A stretch of DNA of 64,000 nucleotides from Candidatus Methylomirabilota bacterium (lineage in GTDB: Bacteria; Methylomirabilota; Methylomirabilia; Methylomirabilales; CSP1-5): NCBI GenBank assembly GCA_027293415.1, contig JAPUFX010000066.1:9779-73778 (forward strand), read 5' to 3'. Every line of letters starts with the position of its first letter. The stretch's first letter is position 1. Of this stretch, positions 9,962 through 21,856 are shown in pieces. The position numbers and the translations under genes are program-made. The notes under the pieces are model-generated. The model was not told where the DNA came from and did no database searches. It saw nothing but the letters and a program-made list of their open reading frames with translations.

Positions 9962-10131
9962 CGGTGATGGGGAAATGGTTTCGTCCTTGCGTGCGGAGGG
10001 CTTTTATGGAGGCGACCGGGAGGGCGTCGCCGGTTACGGGGGAGGCAGCCCCCGAAGCCTTTCGCCGAAGGGTGAAAAGGGAGCTTCGCTGAGGGGTGTC
10101 GGAAGGGGGTCCTGCCCCCTCCGAGGAAGGT

Positions 10132-10207
10132 AGGCCAGTAGCTCAATTGGCAGAGCACCGGTCTCCAAAACCGGCGGTTGGGGGTTCAAGTCCCTCCTGG
10201 CCTGCCA
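10132..10207 (+). tRNA. tRNA-Trp (anticodon CCA)
   Basis: Acceptor stem aggccag/ctggcct, anticodon loop ct-CCA-aa, T-loop GGTTCAAGTCC, and CCA. Confidence 0.92.
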
Positions 10208-10212
10208 GATGA

Positions 10213-10290
10213 GTTCAGGGTTGAGAGTTCAGCGTTCAGAGCTTGGGAGCTTCGGTTCTGCTCTGAACCATGAACCGTGAACTGTGAACC
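10213..10290. repeat. Heptad inverted repeat, class A (GTTCAGR words)
   Basis: Left arm GTTCAGG GTTGAGA GTTCAGC GTTCAGA GC. Right arm GC TCTGAAC CATGAAC CGTGAAC TGTGAAC. The inner 9 bp pair perfectly. Confidence 0.8.
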
Positions 10291-10304
10291 CCGGAGGGAA
10301 GTCG

Positions 10305-10499
10305 GTGCGGGACTGGATCGGGAAGACCACCCGGTTTCTGAAGGAAGTTCGGACTGAGATGGGGAAGGTGAGTTGGCCTCCGCGCAAGCAGGTCATCGGC
10401 TCGACCGCCGTCGTCATCGTCTCGGTGTTCATTGTGTCTTTATTCTTGGGACTAGTCGACGTCATTGTTCGAACGGTCATGGCGACCGTCCTTCGTTGA
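10305..10499 (+). CDS. secE: Preprotein translocase subunit SecE
   Basis: Single C-terminal TM segment and the conserved KVSWP motif. GTG 10305 follows GGAGGG. The track start GTG 10284 lies inside the repeat arm, so it is less likely. Confidence 0.85.
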   Translation: MRDWIGKTTRFLKEVRTEMGKVSWPPRKQVIGSTAVVIVSVFIVSLFLGLVDVIVRTVMATVLR

Positions 10500-10500
10500 T

Positions 10501-11055
10501 ATGAGTGTGCATACGTTAGAACAGAAAGAACAACGGTGGTACGTGGTTCACACCTACTCGGGGTTCGAGAGCAAGGTCAAGTCGAGCATCGAGCAGAGGG
10601 CGACTACCCTGGGCCTCCGAGAAAAAATCTCGGAAATCCTGATCCCCACCGAGGATGTGGTTGAACTCAAGAAGGGGAAGAAGCGAATCGCGTCCCGCAA
10701 GTTCTTTCCCGGTTACGTCCTTATCCGGATGGAGATGTCAGATGATTTGTGGTACCTGGTCCGCAGCACCCCAAAGGTGACCGGGTTTGTCGGACCCGGG
10801 ACCCGGCCCATCCCCATCCCCGAGGAGGAAGTTGCTCACATCCGCCAGCAGGTGGAGGAAGGCGCGGAGAAGCCCAAGCATAAGGTCCAGTTTGTACGGG
10901 GCGAGGCGGTCCGGGTCATTGATGGTCCCTTTACCAACTTCACCGGCATCGTTGACGAGATTAGACCCGAGAAGGGACGGCTCAAAGTTATGGTAAGCAT
11001 CTTTGGTCGACCCACGCCGGTGGATTTAGAGTTTTTGCAAGTGGAGAAAGTATAA
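10501..11055 (+). CDS. nusG: Transcription termination/antitermination factor NusG
   Basis: WYVVHTYSGFESKV NGN domain and a KOW C-terminus. ATG 10501 comes directly after the secE stop. The track start 10465 overlaps secE. Confidence 0.93.
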   Translation: MSVHTLEQKEQRWYVVHTYSGFESKVKSSIEQRATTLGLREKISEILIPTEDVVELKKGKKRIASRKFFPGYVLIRMEMSDDLWYLVRSTPKVTGFVGPGTRPIPIPEEEVAHIRQQVEEGAEKPKHKVQFVRGEAVRVIDGPFTNFTGIVDEIRPEKGRLKVMVSIFGRPTPVDLEFLQVEKV

Positions 11056-11062
11056 AGAAAAG

Positions 11063-11138
11063 CAGTCAGCAATCAGCCGTCAGCGACCAGCAAGATCAAG
11101 AGGAAATTCAGTGCTGACAGCGGACTGCTGATGGCTGG
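11063..11138. repeat. Heptad inverted repeat, class B
   Basis: Left arm CAGTCAGCAATCAGCCGTCAGCGACCAGC. Right arm GTGCTGACAGCGGACTGCTGATGGCTGG. Confidence 0.75.
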
Positions 11139-11150
11139 AGCAGGGCGACA

Positions 11151-11576
11151 ATGGCGAAGAAAGTCGTGGCAATGGTGAAGCTGCAAGTCCCGGCAGGCAA
11201 GGCGAATCCTTCTCCGCCGGTAGGTCCGGCCCTCGGGCAGCACGGTGTGAACATCATGGAGTTCTGCAAGGCCTTTAACGCAAAGACCCAACAGCAAGAG
11301 GGGCTGATCATCCCGGCGGTGATCACCGTCTATGCCGATCGTTCTTTTACCTTTATCACCAAGACCCCGCCCACCTCTATCCTGCTGAAGCAAGCTGCGG
11401 GGATCGCGCAGGCCTCTAAGGAGCCGAACCGGGTCAAGGTAGGAAAGGTGACTCGGGCCCAGGCACAAGAGATTGCCAAGACCAAGCTCCCGGACCTCAA
11501 TGCTAATTCCCTCGATGCGGCTGTCCGGATCGTGGAGGGAACGGCCCGGAGCATGGGAATCGAAGTCGTTCCATGA
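11151..11576 (+). CDS. rplK: 50S ribosomal protein L11
   Basis: 141 aa. [34 protein letters not shown]. Confidence 0.97.
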   Translation: MAKKVVAMVKLQVPAGKANPSPPVGPALGQHGVNIMEFCKAFNAKTQQQEGLIIPAVITVYADRSFTFITKTPPTSILLKQAAGIAQASKEPNRVKVGKVTRAQAQEIAKTKLPDLNANSLDAAVRIVEGTARSMGIEVVP

Positions 11577-11579
11577 ATA

Positions 11580-11744
11580 CAGCTATCAGCTGTCCACTGT
11601 CCGCAGAGAACAGCTGGAAGGCCAGGAGGCTGGGACGCTAGAACACGAGAACGGGTGGATGCCGAATTCCTTGTTTGGGTTCGTGCTTTCCAGCTTACGA
11701 GCGTTCTAGCATCCCAGCAGTTTATTACGGACTACTGATAGCTG
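11580..11744. repeat. Nested long-range inverted repeat with class B words in the rplK-rplA spacer
   Basis: Outer pair cagctatcag (11580-11589) with ctgatagctg (11735-11744). Inner pair gctgggacgctagaac (11629-11644) with gttctagcatcccagc (11703-11718), 15 of 16 complementary. Confidence 0.7.
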
Positions 11745-11766
11745 GCAGCTTTGCTGGAGGAAAGGG

Positions 11767-12477
11767 GTGGCGCAGCACTCGAAGCGATTTGCCAAGGCGG
11801 TGACGACGGTGGCGGAACGGGCGCCGCAGCCCGTCGACCTCAAGACAGCCATCTCTGTGCTCAAAGCGGTGGACTCGGCCAAGTTCAACGAGACCATGGA
11901 GGTAGCGGTGCGTCTCGGCGTGGACCCGCGGAAGGCCGATCAGATGATCCGGGGGACGGTAGTCCTTCCGCACGGGACCGGCAAATCAGTCCGGGTTCTG
12001 GTCTTTGCCAAGGGAGAAAAGGAAAAAGAGGCGCAGGAGGCAGGGGCCGACCTCGTGGGTTGCGAGGATCTGATGGAGAGGATTCAGCAGGGGTGGTTGG
12101 AATTTGACCGGGCCATTGCCACGCCTGATGTCATGGGCCAAGTGGGGAAGTTGGGAAAGATCCTGGGTCCCCGGGGGCTCATGCCCAACCCCAAAACAGG
12201 GACGGTCACCTTTGATGTCGGCCGAGCGGTCAAGGAGTTTAAGGCGGGCAAAATCGAGTACCGGGTGGATAAGGCCGGCATTATCCATGCCCCTTTTGGG
12301 AAGGTCTCTTTCTCGGAGGATCAACTGACGGAGAACGCCGCCGTCCTCCTCGAGGCCCTGGTCCGGGCAAAGCCCCCGACGAGCAAGGGGAAGTTCCTCA
12401 AAGCAATTTCCATCTCTTCGACGATGGGGCCGTCGGTTCAGGTCGACGTAGGCACCATTTCCGGGGGAGCCAAGTAG
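11767..12477 (+). CDS. rplA: 50S ribosomal protein L1
   Basis: 236 aa. GTG start after GGAGGAAAGGG. Typical L1 sequence. Confidence 0.96.
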   Translation: MAQHSKRFAKAVTTVAERAPQPVDLKTAISVLKAVDSAKFNETMEVAVRLGVDPRKADQMIRGTVVLPHGTGKSVRVLVFAKGEKEKEAQEAGADLVGCEDLMERIQQGWLEFDRAIATPDVMGQVGKLGKILGPRGLMPNPKTGTVTFDVGRAVKEFKAGKIEYRVDKAGIIHAPFGKVSFSEDQLTENAAVLLEALVRAKPPTSKGKFLKAISISSTMGPSVQVDVGTISGGAK

Positions 12478-12525
12478 GCGGTCGCAGCGGAGAGCCGCGG
12501 AGGCCTCGAACGAGTAGGGAGAGAA

Positions 12526-13071
12526 GTGATGGTTCGGGTATCAGCAAGGCGCCAGGCACGGGTAGAAGAAGTCGAGCGACTGAAGGAGAGGTTTCGGGAC
12601 GCTAAGAGTATGGTCCTGACCGATTATCGGGGCCTGACGGTCGCCGAAATCACGGCGCTCCGGCGTGCGCTGCGTGAGGCCTCTGCTGAATACCGAGTCG
12701 TGAAGAATAGCCTGGCTCAACTCGCCGCTCAAGAGTTGGGGATCGAAGAGCTTGAGCGGTACTTGAAGGGACCGACAGCCGTGGCCTTCGGCTCAGGGGA
12801 TCTGGTGGCGACGGCCAAAATCCTGACTGCCTTTTCCAAGAAGGCTCCGGTCCTTCAAGTAAAGGTGGGAGTCGTGGATGGCCAGCTCCTACCACGGGAA
12901 GAGGTTCTGGCCATGACAGAGCTTCCACCTCGCGAGGTGATGCTGGCCCGTCTCTTGGGGGTCATGGCGGCCCCGCTCAGCGGTCTCGTCACCGTGCTGT
13001 CCGGCTCTCTCCGGGGGCTTGTGGTCGGCTTGGATCAGGTCCGGCAGAAAAGAGAGGGGATCGAAGGATGA
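12526..13071 (+). CDS. rplJ: 50S ribosomal protein L10
   Basis: 181 aa in the position between rplA and rplL. Start is GTG 12526 or ATG 12529. Confidence 0.93.
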   Translation: MMVRVSARRQARVEEVERLKERFRDAKSMVLTDYRGLTVAEITALRRALREASAEYRVVKNSLAQLAAQELGIEELERYLKGPTAVAFGSGDLVATAKILTAFSKKAPVLQVKVGVVDGQLLPREEVLAMTELPPREVMLARLLGVMAAPLSGLVTVLSGSLRGLVVGLDQVRQKREGIEG

Positions 13072-13120
13072 ATCAGAGCAACATGGAACGATCCGTGGGA
13101 AACGCCGACAGGAGGGACTT

Positions 13121-13519
13121 ATGGCACAGGGAAAAGTAACGGTCCAAGATTTTCTTGAATCCATCGACACGTGGACGATCCGGGATCTTCATGAGGCGGT
13201 CAAGGCCCTCGAGGAGAAGTACGGCATATCTGCCGCCGCTGTGGCTGCGCCGGCGGCGATGGCCCCGGGGGCTGCTGCTCCCGGCGCGGTAGCGCCTGCT
13301 GAGGAGCAAACCGAGTTTGCGGTTATCCTGGCCAGTATCGGCGAGAAGAAGATCCAGGTGATCAAGGAGGTTCGGGCCATCACTAACCTGGGTTTGAAGG
13401 AGGCCAAGGACTTGGTCGATGGTGCCCCCAAGCCGGTGAGGGAGGGCGTCTCGAAGCAGGAAGCAGAAGAGATCAAGGCCAAGTTGGAAGGGGCGGGTGC
13501 CACAATCGAGGTCAAGTAG
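13121..13519 (+). CDS. rplL: 50S ribosomal protein L7/L12
   Basis: ATG 13121 after GGAGGGA. Ala-rich hinge and C-terminus [40 protein letters not shown]. The track start 13019 is a spurious extension. Confidence 0.96.
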   Translation: MAQGKVTVQDFLESIDTWTIRDLHEAVKALEEKYGISAAAVAAPAAMAPGAAAPGAVAPAEEQTEFAVILASIGEKKIQVIKEVRAITNLGLKEAKDLVDGAPKPVREGVSKQEAEEIKAKLEGAGATIEVK

Positions 13520-13620
13520 CGTTGGGCATCCCAAATTTCCCGTGGAGCCGATCCCCGGCGAACAATGTTCTCGTCTGGGGACAGTCGTGGGACCTTTCAC
13601 ACTAATGAGGTGGATATAGC

Positions 13621-16600
13621 ATGGCGGTTGCAAAGACCAAGGGGGTTGAGCAGCGGACCAGCTTCGCCAAGTTTCCAGAGATTATTGCCATTCCCAATCT
13701 GATCGATATTCAACGCCGCTCCTTTCTGCAGTTTCTGCAGATGGAGGAACCGTCAGAGCGGCGGGACGAGACCGGACTTCAAGGGGTCTTTCGCAGCGTT
13801 TTTCCCATCAGCGATTACGACGATTCGGCTTCCCTTGAGTTCGTCAAATACGATTTCGGGGAACCGAAGTACACGCCGGAGGAGTGTCGGGAAAAGGGGA
13901 TGACCTTTTCGGTCCCCCTGAAAGTTACCCTGCGCTTGGTCGTCTGGGAAAAATCGGGTAACGGGTCCCGTGGAATCCGGGATGTCAAGGAGCAGGAGGT
14001 CTACCTGGGGGAAATGCCCCTGATGAGCCAGCATGGCACCTTCACCATCAACGGGACAGAGCGCGTGGTGGTGAGCCAGCTGCACCGATCTCCCGGAGCC
14101 TTCTTCGATCACGACGCGGGTAAGACGCATAGTAGTGGGAAGATCCTCCATCACGCGCGGCTGATCCCGTACCGGGGCTCGTGGCTCGAATTCGAGTTCG
14201 ATGCCAATGACATCCTCCATGTCCGGGTAGATCGGCGGCGGAAGTTTTTCGTCACTATTCTCCTCCGGGCTATCGGTTATGGATCGAACGAAGAGATCTT
14301 CTCCCTCTTCTATGAACGGGATACGGTTCGCTTCGACGGGAGCCGCAACCAGGTCTTGGAGGGACTAAGCCCTGGGTGGCGGACCGCCAAAGATCTCACA
14401 GATCCCAAGGGGAAAGAGGTCGTCTTACACCGGGGGAAACGGATCAGCGCGGCGGCCCTCAAGGAGCTTCAGACGGCCCGGGTGAAAGAGGTCCCGATCT
14501 ACCGGGAGGATCTCGTCGGTCGGATCTTGGCCGTTGATGTCGTCGATCAGCAGACAGGAGAGGTACTCGCGGAGGCCAAGGACAAGATCGACGAAAAGAC
14601 ATTGGGCAAATTTGCTGACCGAGGGGTGCGGAAGATTCATCTCCTTCGCGGCGGCGGTGAGCGCGAGGTCTTTGAGATGCGCGAGACGATCCTCCGGGAC
14701 CCCACGAGGTCGGCGGAAGACGCCCTGGTGGAGATCTACCGGCGGATGCGTCCGGGCGATCCACCAACGCTGGAGAGTGCCCGGACGTTGCTTCACAATA
14801 TGTTTTTCAACCCACGCCGATACGATCTCTCGAAGGTGGGGCGATTTAAACTGAATAGCAAGCTTGGCATGGAGACGCCGCTCGACGTCCGGGTCCTCCA
14901 GAAAGGGGATATCGTCGCGGTGGTCCAGTACTTGCTCAACTTGAGGCACGGTGAGGGCCATGTGGACGACATCGACCATTTGGGCAACCGCCGTGTCCGG
15001 TCAGCGGGGGAACTCTTGGAGGAACAGTTCCGCATTGGCCTTTCGCGGATGGAGCGAGCAGTGCGGGAACGCATGAGCACCCAAGACGTAGAAACGCTCA
15101 TGCCCCACGATCTGGTAAATGCCAAGCCGGTCTCGGCTGCCCTGAAGGAGTTTTTCGGTTCCTCGCAGCTCTCCCAGTTTATGGACCAGACCAATCCGTT
15201 AGCCGAGCTCACGCACAAGCGGCGGCTGTCCGCCCTCGGGCCGGGTGGGCTCTCCCGGGAGCGGGCCGGGTTCGAGGTACGAGACGTCCATCCCACCCAT
15301 TACGGACGGATGTGTCCTATCGAAACCCCGGAGGGGCCGAACGTCGGGTTGATTTCCTCCCTCTCCACGTATGGCCGGGTCAATGAATTCGGCTTCATCG
15401 AAACGCCGTACCGGAAAGTCCGCGATGGCCGGGTCACGGACGAGATCGAGTATCTGACGGCCGATGTCGATGAGCGGTCCATCATCGCCCAGGCCAATGC
15501 CCAAACCGATGCCCGCGGCCGGTTAACGAATGAACGAGTGCAGGCTCGTATCGGTGGCAACTTCATCATGGCTCCACGCGAGAAGGTTGCCTTCATGGAC
15601 GTTTCCCCCAAGCAGTTGGTGGGGGTCTCTAGCGCCCTCATCCCCTTCCTCGAGCATGACGATGCCAATCGGGCCCTCATGGGGGCAAATATGCAGCGGC
15701 AGGCGGTCCCCCTCCTCCGGCCCACCGCTCCGATCGTAGGCACGGGGATGGAGTCGGTGGCGGCGCAGGACTCAGGAGCGGTGGTGATGGCCCGGCGGTC
15801 AGGGGTGGTGGAATCCGTCTCGGCGAATCGGGTTATCATCCGCGTAGACGGGGATCGGCAGGAAAAGCTTGTGGTTTCCAATATCGACATCTACGCCCTG
15901 CTGAAGTTCGAGCGGAGCAATCAGAATACCTGTATCAACCAGAATCCTGTCGTGAAGGTGGGCCAACGGGTGAAGAAGGGGCAGGTCATTGCGGACGGTC
16001 CCGCGACCCAGAACGGTGAGCTCGCGTTGGGGCAGAATGTGCTGGTTGCCTTCATGCCCTGGGGTGGCTATAACTTCGAGGACGCCATCCTGATCAGCGA
16101 GCGCTTGCTAAAAGATGACCGGTACACCTCCATCCATATCGAAGAGTTTGAAATCGAGGCCAGGGATACGAAGCTGGGGAAGGAGGACATTACCCGGGAT
16201 ATCCCCAATGTCGGCGAGGAGGCGTTGAAAGATCTGGACGAGAGTGGAATCGTCCGGATCGGGGCCGAGGTGAGGCCTGGAGATATCCTGATAGGGAAGG
16301 TCACCCCGAAGGGGGAGACGATGCTAACGCCGGAAGAGCGCCTGCTTCGCGCCATCTTCGGTGAAAAGGCTGAGGATGTCCGGGACGCCTCGCTCTATGT
16401 CCCACCGGGGATCCATGGCACCGTGGTGGAGGTGAAAGTCTTCTGTCGAAAGGGGGTGGACAAGGACGAGCGCGCCAAGTCGATCGAAGATGAGGAGATC
16501 GGCCGACTGCAGAAAGACTTCGACGACGAGATCACCATTATCGGTAACGAGCGCGACCGGCAGGTTCGGGGTCTCCTCACCGGCCGGATCGTGGGGAAGG

Positions 16601-17577
16601 ATGTGAAGGCGAGAGGAAGCCGGAAGGTTCTAGTTCCGAAGCGCAAGAAGCTGACAGCAGAACTGCTCGATAGCTTTGGTGTGTGGGAACTCCAGGAAAT
16701 CGCCAATGTCTTACCCGAAGAGATGGCCCGAGAGGTGGAGCAGGTGGTTACCACGGCCGATAATCAGATTCACGTGCTGCAGACCCTGTTGGATAATCGG
16801 ATTGCCCGTCTCCGGAAGGGGGATGAACTCGCCCCGGGCGTCTTCAAAATGGTGAAGATTTATGTGGCGATGAAACGGAAGCTCTCGGTCGGGGACAAGA
16901 TGGCCGGCCGTCATGGCAATAAAGGGGTCATCTCCAAAATTCTCCCCGAAGAGGACATGCCCTATCTCCCCGACGGGACCCCGATAGAGGTGGTCCTCAA
17001 TCCGTTAGGCGTGCCTTCCCGCATGAACGTTGGGCAGATCCTGGAGACCCACGTGGGCTGGGCCGCGAAAGCGCTGGGCCTCACTGTGGACTCCCCCGTC
17101 TTCGACGGCCCGTCGGAGAAGCAGATTAAGGACCTTTTGAAGAAAGCGGGCCTGCCCGAATCTGGGAAGACCGTCCTTTACGATGGGCGGACGGGCAAAC
17201 CGTTTCATCAACCGGTCACCGCTGGATACTTGTACCTGATGAAGCTGGCCCATTTGGTGGAGGATAAGATCCATGCCCGTTCCATCGGTCCCTATTCCCT
17301 CGTCACTCAGCAGCCGTTGGGAGGCAAGGCGCAGTTCGGCGGTCAGCGCTTTGGGGAAATGGAGGTCTGGGCGCTGGAGGCGTATGGGGCGGCCCATACG
17401 CTGCAAGAAGTCTTGACCGTCAAGTCCGATGACGTGGTGGGGCGGACGAAGATGTACGAATCGATCGTCAAGGGGGACTGCACATTGGAACCAGGACTGC
17501 CAGAGTCCTTTAATGTCTTGGTCAAGGAACTGCAGAGCCTTTGCCTGGATGTGGATCTGGTCACGGACAAGAGTTGA
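13621..17577 (+). CDS. rpoB: DNA-directed RNA polymerase subunit beta
   Basis: 1318 aa with conserved beta-subunit blocks throughout. Confidence 0.99.
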   Translation: MAVAKTKGVEQRTSFAKFPEIIAIPNLIDIQRRSFLQFLQMEEPSERRDETGLQGVFRSVFPISDYDDSASLEFVKYDFGEPKYTPEECREKGMTFSVPLKVTLRLVVWEKSGNGSRGIRDVKEQEVYLGEMPLMSQHGTFTINGTERVVVSQLHRSPGAFFDHDAGKTHSSGKILHHARLIPYRGSWLEFEFDANDILHVRVDRRRKFFVTILLRAIGYGSNEEIFSLFYERDTVRFDGSRNQVLEGLSPGWRTAKDLTDPKGKEVVLHRGKRISAAALKELQTARVKEVPIYREDLVGRILAVDVVDQQTGEVLAEAKDKIDEKTLGKFADRGVRKIHLLRGGGEREVFEMRETILRDPTRSAEDALVEIYRRMRPGDPPTLESARTLLHNMFFNPRRYDLSKVGRFKLNSKLGMETPLDVRVLQKGDIVAVVQYLLNLRHGEGHVDDIDHLGNRRVRSAGELLEEQFRIGLSRMERAVRERMSTQDVETLMPHDLVNAKPVSAALKEFFGSSQLSQFMDQTNPLAELTHKRRLSALGPGGLSRERAGFEVRDVHPTHYGRMCPIETPEGPNVGLISSLSTYGRVNEFGFIETPYRKVRDGRVTDEIEYLTADVDERSIIAQANAQTDARGRLTNERVQARIGGNFIMAPREKVAFMDVSPKQLVGVSSALIPFLEHDDANRALMGANMQRQAVPLLRPTAPIVGTGMESVAAQDSGAVVMARRSGVVESVSANRVIIRVDGDRQEKLVVSNIDIYALLKFERSNQNTCINQNPVVKVGQRVKKGQVIADGPATQNGELALGQNVLVAFMPWGGYNFEDAILISERLLKDDRYTSIHIEEFEIEARDTKLGKEDITRDIPNVGEEALKDLDESGIVRIGAEVRPGDILIGKVTPKGETMLTPEERLLRAIFGEKAEDVRDASLYVPPGIHGTVVEVKVFCRKGVDKDERAKSIEDEEIGRLQKDFDDEITIIGNERDRQVRGLLTGRIVGKDVKARGSRKVLVPKRKKLTAELLDSFGVWELQEIANVLPEEMAREVEQVVTTADNQIHVLQTLLDNRIARLRKGDELAPGVFKMVKIYVAMKRKLSVGDKMAGRHGNKGVISKILPEEDMPYLPDGTPIEVVLNPLGVPSRMNVGQILETHVGWAAKALGLTVDSPVFDGPSEKQIKDLLKKAGLPESGKTVLYDGRTGKPFHQPVTAGYLYLMKLAHLVEDKIHARSIGPYSLVTQQPLGGKAQFGGQRFGEMEVWALEAYGAAHTLQEVLTVKSDDVVGRTKMYESIVKGDCTLEPGLPESFNVLVKELQSLCLDVDLVTDKS

Positions 17578-17604
17578 ACGGGGGGCTTTAAGTGGGGTCG
17601 CACA

Positions 17605-17654
17605 GGATCAGGTCAGGGCTCGGCTGCTCCTGCTCGGTTCCCGACGCCTGATCC
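17605..17654. repeat. Inverted repeat (GGATCAGG/CCTGATCC) in the rpoB-rpoC spacer, heptad-like variant
   Basis: An 8-bp perfect stem (17605-17612 with 17647-17654) flanks the gctcgg ctgctcc tgctcgg direct repeats. Confidence 0.5.
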
Positions 17655-17689
17655 GTAAGTGCTACGCACGATAAAGGGAGGAGAAGCGA

Positions 17690-20600
17690 GTGGATAAGTT
17701 TTTCGGGTTTTTCGACGAAAAGCCCATCGACCCTACGAGTTTCAAGGGCATCCGGATTGGGCTGGCTTCGCCAGAGAAGATCCGTTCCTGGTCCCATGGC
17801 GAGGTAAAGAAGCCGGAGACGATCAACTACCGGACTTTCAAGCCGGAGCGGGACGGGCTCTTCTGCGCCAAGATCTTCGGCCCCACCAAGGACTGGGAGT
17901 GTAACTGTGGCAAGTTTAAGGGGATCAAGCATCGAAACGTCGTCTGTGATAAGTGCGGGGTAGAGGTCATCCGGTCCAAGGTGCGGCGCCAGCGCCTGGG
18001 ACATATCGAGCTGGCCTCCCCCGTCGTCCATATTTGGTTCTTTAAATCGATTCCCTCACGGATCGGCTATCTCCTGAACATGTCCCTTCGAGATCTGGAG
18101 AAGGTCCTCTACTTCGAGGAGTATGTGGTTATGGATCCGGGGAACACCCCCCTCAAGCTCAATGAACTCCTGAACGAGGACCGGTATCGGAAGCTCCAGG
18201 AAGAGTACGGGGATGGTTTTAAGGTGGGATTGGGGGCCGAGGCCATTCGGACCATCATGAGGCGGTTGGACATTCGGAAGCTGGCAGAGGAGTTGCGGGC
18301 CAAGATGCAGCAGGAGACCTCCCAGCAGGCCCGGAAGAAAATCGTGAAGCGTCTCCGGATCATGGATGCCTTCCTGACATCGGGGAACAAGGCCGAGTGG
18401 ATGATCCTCGAGGTGATCCCAGTGCTCCCTCCGGAACTCAGGCCTTTGGTTCCGCTGGATGGGGGCCGTTTTGCCACATCCGATCTGAACGACCTCTACC
18501 GTCGGGTCATCAACCGGAATAATCGGTTGAAGCGACTCATGGAGCTTCGGGCCCCCGATATCATCATCCGCAATGAAAAGCGGATGCTCCAAGAGGCAGT
18601 GGACGCCCTTTTCGACAACGGGAGGCGAGGGCGGGCCTTGAAGGGTCAGAACAATCGTCCGCTCAAGTCCCTCTCCGATATGCTGAAGGGGAAGCAGGGC
18701 CGGTTTCGCCAGAACCTCTTGGGGAAGCGTGTGGATTATTCCGGCCGCTCGGTCATCGTGGTGGGGCCGGAACTCAAACTCCACCAGTGCGGTTTGCCAA
18801 AGAAGATGGCCCTGGAGCTGTTCAAGCCGTTTGTTTTTCGGAAGCTGCTCCAACAGCATGAAACCGTCACCACTATCAAGAGCGTCAAGAAGCTGGTCGA
18901 GAAGGGTCGTCCAGAAGTGTGGGACGCCCTGGAGGAGGTGATCCGCGAGCATCCCGTCCTGCTGAACCGGGCCCCGACACTGCATCGCCTAGGGATCCAG
19001 GCCTTCGAGCCCATGCTGGTGGAGGGAGAGGCCATCAAGATCCATCCCCTCGTCTGCGCCGCCTTCAACGCCGACTTCGACGGAGACCAGATGGCGGTCC
19101 ATGTGCCGCTGTCGTTCGAGGCACAATTGGAGGCTCGGGTCCTGATATGGGCGCCTCACAATATCTTTTCTCCGGCCAATGGCACCCCGTTGGCCGCGCC
19201 GACCCAGGATATCGTGCTCGGCCTCTACTATCTCACCAAAGCCCGGAACGATGAAAAGGGGGAAGGGAAAGTCTTTGGCTCGATGGAGGAGGCCCGCGCT
19301 GTCTACGATGCTGAGGAGGTGGGGCTCCATGCCCGGGTCAAGCTGCGGTGGGATGGGGAGATGATCGATACCACGGTGGGGTGTGTTCTCTTCAACGAGA
19401 TCCTCCCCCGGCAGCTCCGGTTTATCAACCAGGAGATGAGTAAGCGAGAACTCGCCCGGTTGATCTCGCAGTGTTTTTACATCCTGGGCAACGCCGAGAC
19501 GGTGGAGCTCTTGGATAACCTGAAGGACCTGGGCTTCCGGTATGCCACGTTAGCCGGCATCTCTATTGGGATCGATGATCTGCACATCCCCTCGCGGAAA
19601 GAGGAGATCATCGAGATGGCCCGGAAGGAGGTTATCAAGATCGAGCAGGAGTACCTGGACGGTCTGATCACCAAAGGGGAACGCTACAACAAGATTATCG
19701 ACATCTGGACCCAGGTGTCAGAGCGGGTCTCCGAGGAGCTCTTCCGGGAGATCGAAGGGATGAAGGATGGAGAGTTCAACCCGGTCTTCATGATGGCCGA
19801 TTCCGGCGCACGGGGGAGCAAGCAGCAGATTCGGCAACTGGCCGGGATGCGGGGCCTCATGGCGAAGCCCTCAGGGGAGATCATCGAGACCCCGATCACG
19901 AGTAACTTCCGGGAGGGCCTGACGGTGCTCCAGTACTTCATCTCGACCCACGGGGCCCGGAAAGGGTTGGCCGATACGGCGCTCAAGACCGCCGACTCTG
20001 GCTATCTCACGCGGCGGTTGGTGGATGTGGCCCAGGATGTTCTCGTCAACGTGCGGGATTGTGGCAGCCCCAACGGAATCTGGGTGACCGCCCTGGTGGA
20101 GGCAGGAGAGATCATCCAGCCGCTCCGGGATCGGATCCTGGGTCGGGTTGCGCTGGATGATGTGACCGATCCGTTCACCGGTGAGACCATCCTCGAGGCC
20201 AATTTGGAGATGACGGAACCGCTGGCGGCTCGGATCGAAGAGGCCGGCATCGACAGAGTGAAGATTCGATCGGTCCTCACGTGTGAGGCCAGGCGAGGGA
20301 CGTGTATCATGTGCTATGGCCGGAACCTGGCAACCGGTCGGTTGGTCGAGCTCGGAGAGGCCGTGGGGGTGTTGGCCGCCCAGTCTATTGGCGAGCCGGG
20401 GACGCAGCTCACCATGCGGACGTTCCACATCGGCGGTACCGCAACCCGTCTGGCGGAGCAGACCACCCTGGAAAATAAGTTTGCGGGGACTGTACAGTTT
20501 CACACTGTCCGGACGGTCCGAAACGCTGCCGGGGATCTGGTCGTCATGAACAGGAATGGCTCCATGTCTATCGTGGACGAAAAGGGGCGCAAAAAGGAGG

Positions 20601-21817
20601 TCTATCAGGTCGTCTACGGGGCCCGATTGAAGGTGCAGGACGGCAAACAGGTGGCCTCGGGCACGACGTTGGCAGAATGGGATCCCTTCGCCTCGGTGAT
20701 TCTCTCGGAGGCCTCTGGCCGGGTGGTGGTCAAGGATGTCATCGAGGGGGTGACGATGAACGAAGAGGTGGATGAGGTCACCGGGCTGGCTCAACGGGTG
20801 ATTGTGGAGCACGGCAAGGAAGACCTCCAGCCCCGGGTCTCGGTGAAAGACAAGAAAGGGGCCACGCTCTTCCGGACGCTCCTGCCGGTCGGCGCCCACC
20901 TCATGGTGCAAGATGCTCAAGCGATCTCCGCTGGCGATGCCGTCGTCAAGATCCCTCGGGAGACGGCCAAGACCAAGGACATTACCGGGGGTCTCCCACG
21001 GGTCGCGGAGCTCTTTGAGGCCCGGCGGCCCCGCGAGGCGGCCGTTATCTCGGAGGTCGACGGCCGGGTGGGCTTTGCCGGCATGGCGAAAGGGATGCGG
21101 AAGATCGTCATCCACACCGAGGGCGGTGAGACCCGGGAGTATCTCATCCCTCGGGGTAAGCATATCAACGTGCTCGAGGGGGATGAGATCAAGGCTGGGG
21201 AGGCTCTGATGGATGGACCCATCAATCCCCACGATATCTTGGACGTCCTCGGAGATCAGGAGCTGCAGCGCTACCTGGTCAACGAGGTTCAGGAGGTGTA
21301 TCGCCTTCAGGGGGTCAACATTAACGATAAGCACATTGAGGTCATCGTGCGCCAGATGCTGAAGCGGGTGCGCATCGAGACGGTTGGTGACACCAACTTC
21401 CTCGTGGGAGAACACGTGGACAAGCACCTATTCCTTGAAGAAAACCAGAGGGTCTTGGCTGCCGGGGGAGCCCCCGCCACCGCCAAACCGCTCCTCTTGG
21501 GCATCACCAAGGCTTCCCTGTCCACGGATAGTTTCATGTCCGCTGCATCTTTCCAGGAGACCACCAAGATCCTCACCGAAGCCGCCATCAATGGCGCCTG
21601 GGACGAGCTGCGCGGCCTCAAGGAAAACGTCATCATGGGCCGCCTGATTCCAGCGGGCACGGGGATGTCGTGGTACCGTGAAACGACCGTTAGTGCTCCG
21701 GAGACTTCAACAGAGGTCGAGGAAGGTCAGCATCCTTCCGGCGGAGTGATCGCGGCGACGGAACTCATGAAGATCGATGCGGAAAAATCGCTTGACAATG
21801 GGAGAGATGACGTTTAA
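17690..21817 (+). CDS. rpoC: DNA-directed RNA polymerase subunit beta'
   Basis: 1375 aa. NADFDGDQM catalytic motif and zinc-binding Cys cluster. GTG start after AGGGAGGAG. Confidence 0.99.
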   Translation: MDKFFGFFDEKPIDPTSFKGIRIGLASPEKIRSWSHGEVKKPETINYRTFKPERDGLFCAKIFGPTKDWECNCGKFKGIKHRNVVCDKCGVEVIRSKVRRQRLGHIELASPVVHIWFFKSIPSRIGYLLNMSLRDLEKVLYFEEYVVMDPGNTPLKLNELLNEDRYRKLQEEYGDGFKVGLGAEAIRTIMRRLDIRKLAEELRAKMQQETSQQARKKIVKRLRIMDAFLTSGNKAEWMILEVIPVLPPELRPLVPLDGGRFATSDLNDLYRRVINRNNRLKRLMELRAPDIIIRNEKRMLQEAVDALFDNGRRGRALKGQNNRPLKSLSDMLKGKQGRFRQNLLGKRVDYSGRSVIVVGPELKLHQCGLPKKMALELFKPFVFRKLLQQHETVTTIKSVKKLVEKGRPEVWDALEEVIREHPVLLNRAPTLHRLGIQAFEPMLVEGEAIKIHPLVCAAFNADFDGDQMAVHVPLSFEAQLEARVLIWAPHNIFSPANGTPLAAPTQDIVLGLYYLTKARNDEKGEGKVFGSMEEARAVYDAEEVGLHARVKLRWDGEMIDTTVGCVLFNEILPRQLRFINQEMSKRELARLISQCFYILGNAETVELLDNLKDLGFRYATLAGISIGIDDLHIPSRKEEIIEMARKEVIKIEQEYLDGLITKGERYNKIIDIWTQVSERVSEELFREIEGMKDGEFNPVFMMADSGARGSKQQIRQLAGMRGLMAKPSGEIIETPITSNFREGLTVLQYFISTHGARKGLADTALKTADSGYLTRRLVDVAQDVLVNVRDCGSPNGIWVTALVEAGEIIQPLRDRILGRVALDDVTDPFTGETILEANLEMTEPLAARIEEAGIDRVKIRSVLTCEARRGTCIMCYGRNLATGRLVELGEAVGVLAAQSIGEPGTQLTMRTFHIGGTATRLAEQTTLENKFAGTVQFHTVRTVRNAAGDLVVMNRNGSMSIVDEKGRKKEVYQVVYGARLKVQDGKQVASGTTLAEWDPFASVILSEASGRVVVKDVIEGVTMNEEVDEVTGLAQRVIVEHGKEDLQPRVSVKDKKGATLFRTLLPVGAHLMVQDAQAISAGDAVVKIPRETAKTKDITGGLPRVAELFEARRPREAAVISEVDGRVGFAGMAKGMRKIVIHTEGGETREYLIPRGKHINVLEGDEIKAGEALMDGPINPHDILDVLGDQELQRYLVNEVQEVYRLQGVNINDKHIEVIVRQMLKRVRIETVGDTNFLVGEHVDKHLFLEENQRVLAAGGAPATAKPLLLGITKASLSTDSFMSAASFQETTKILTEAAINGAWDELRGLKENVIMGRLIPAGTGMSWYRETTVSAPETSTEVEEGQHPSGGVIAATELMKIDAEKSLDNGRDDV

Positions 21818-21856
21818 TTTGTGGAGGTTTAGGGAGAATTTAGTCGAGGTTTGGCA

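Noticed and set aside
9967-10092. 41-codon ORF in the rpmG / tRNA-Trp spacer.
   Set aside because: It has no convincing SD and no recognisable similarity, and its composition matches the GC-rich background. It is mentioned only as a possibility in a finding.
13521-13540. Small hairpin TTGGG-cat-CCCAA after rplL as the rplL-rpoB attenuator.
   Set aside because: It has a 5-bp stem, a 3-nt loop and only a short mixed T-tract, which is too weak to call.
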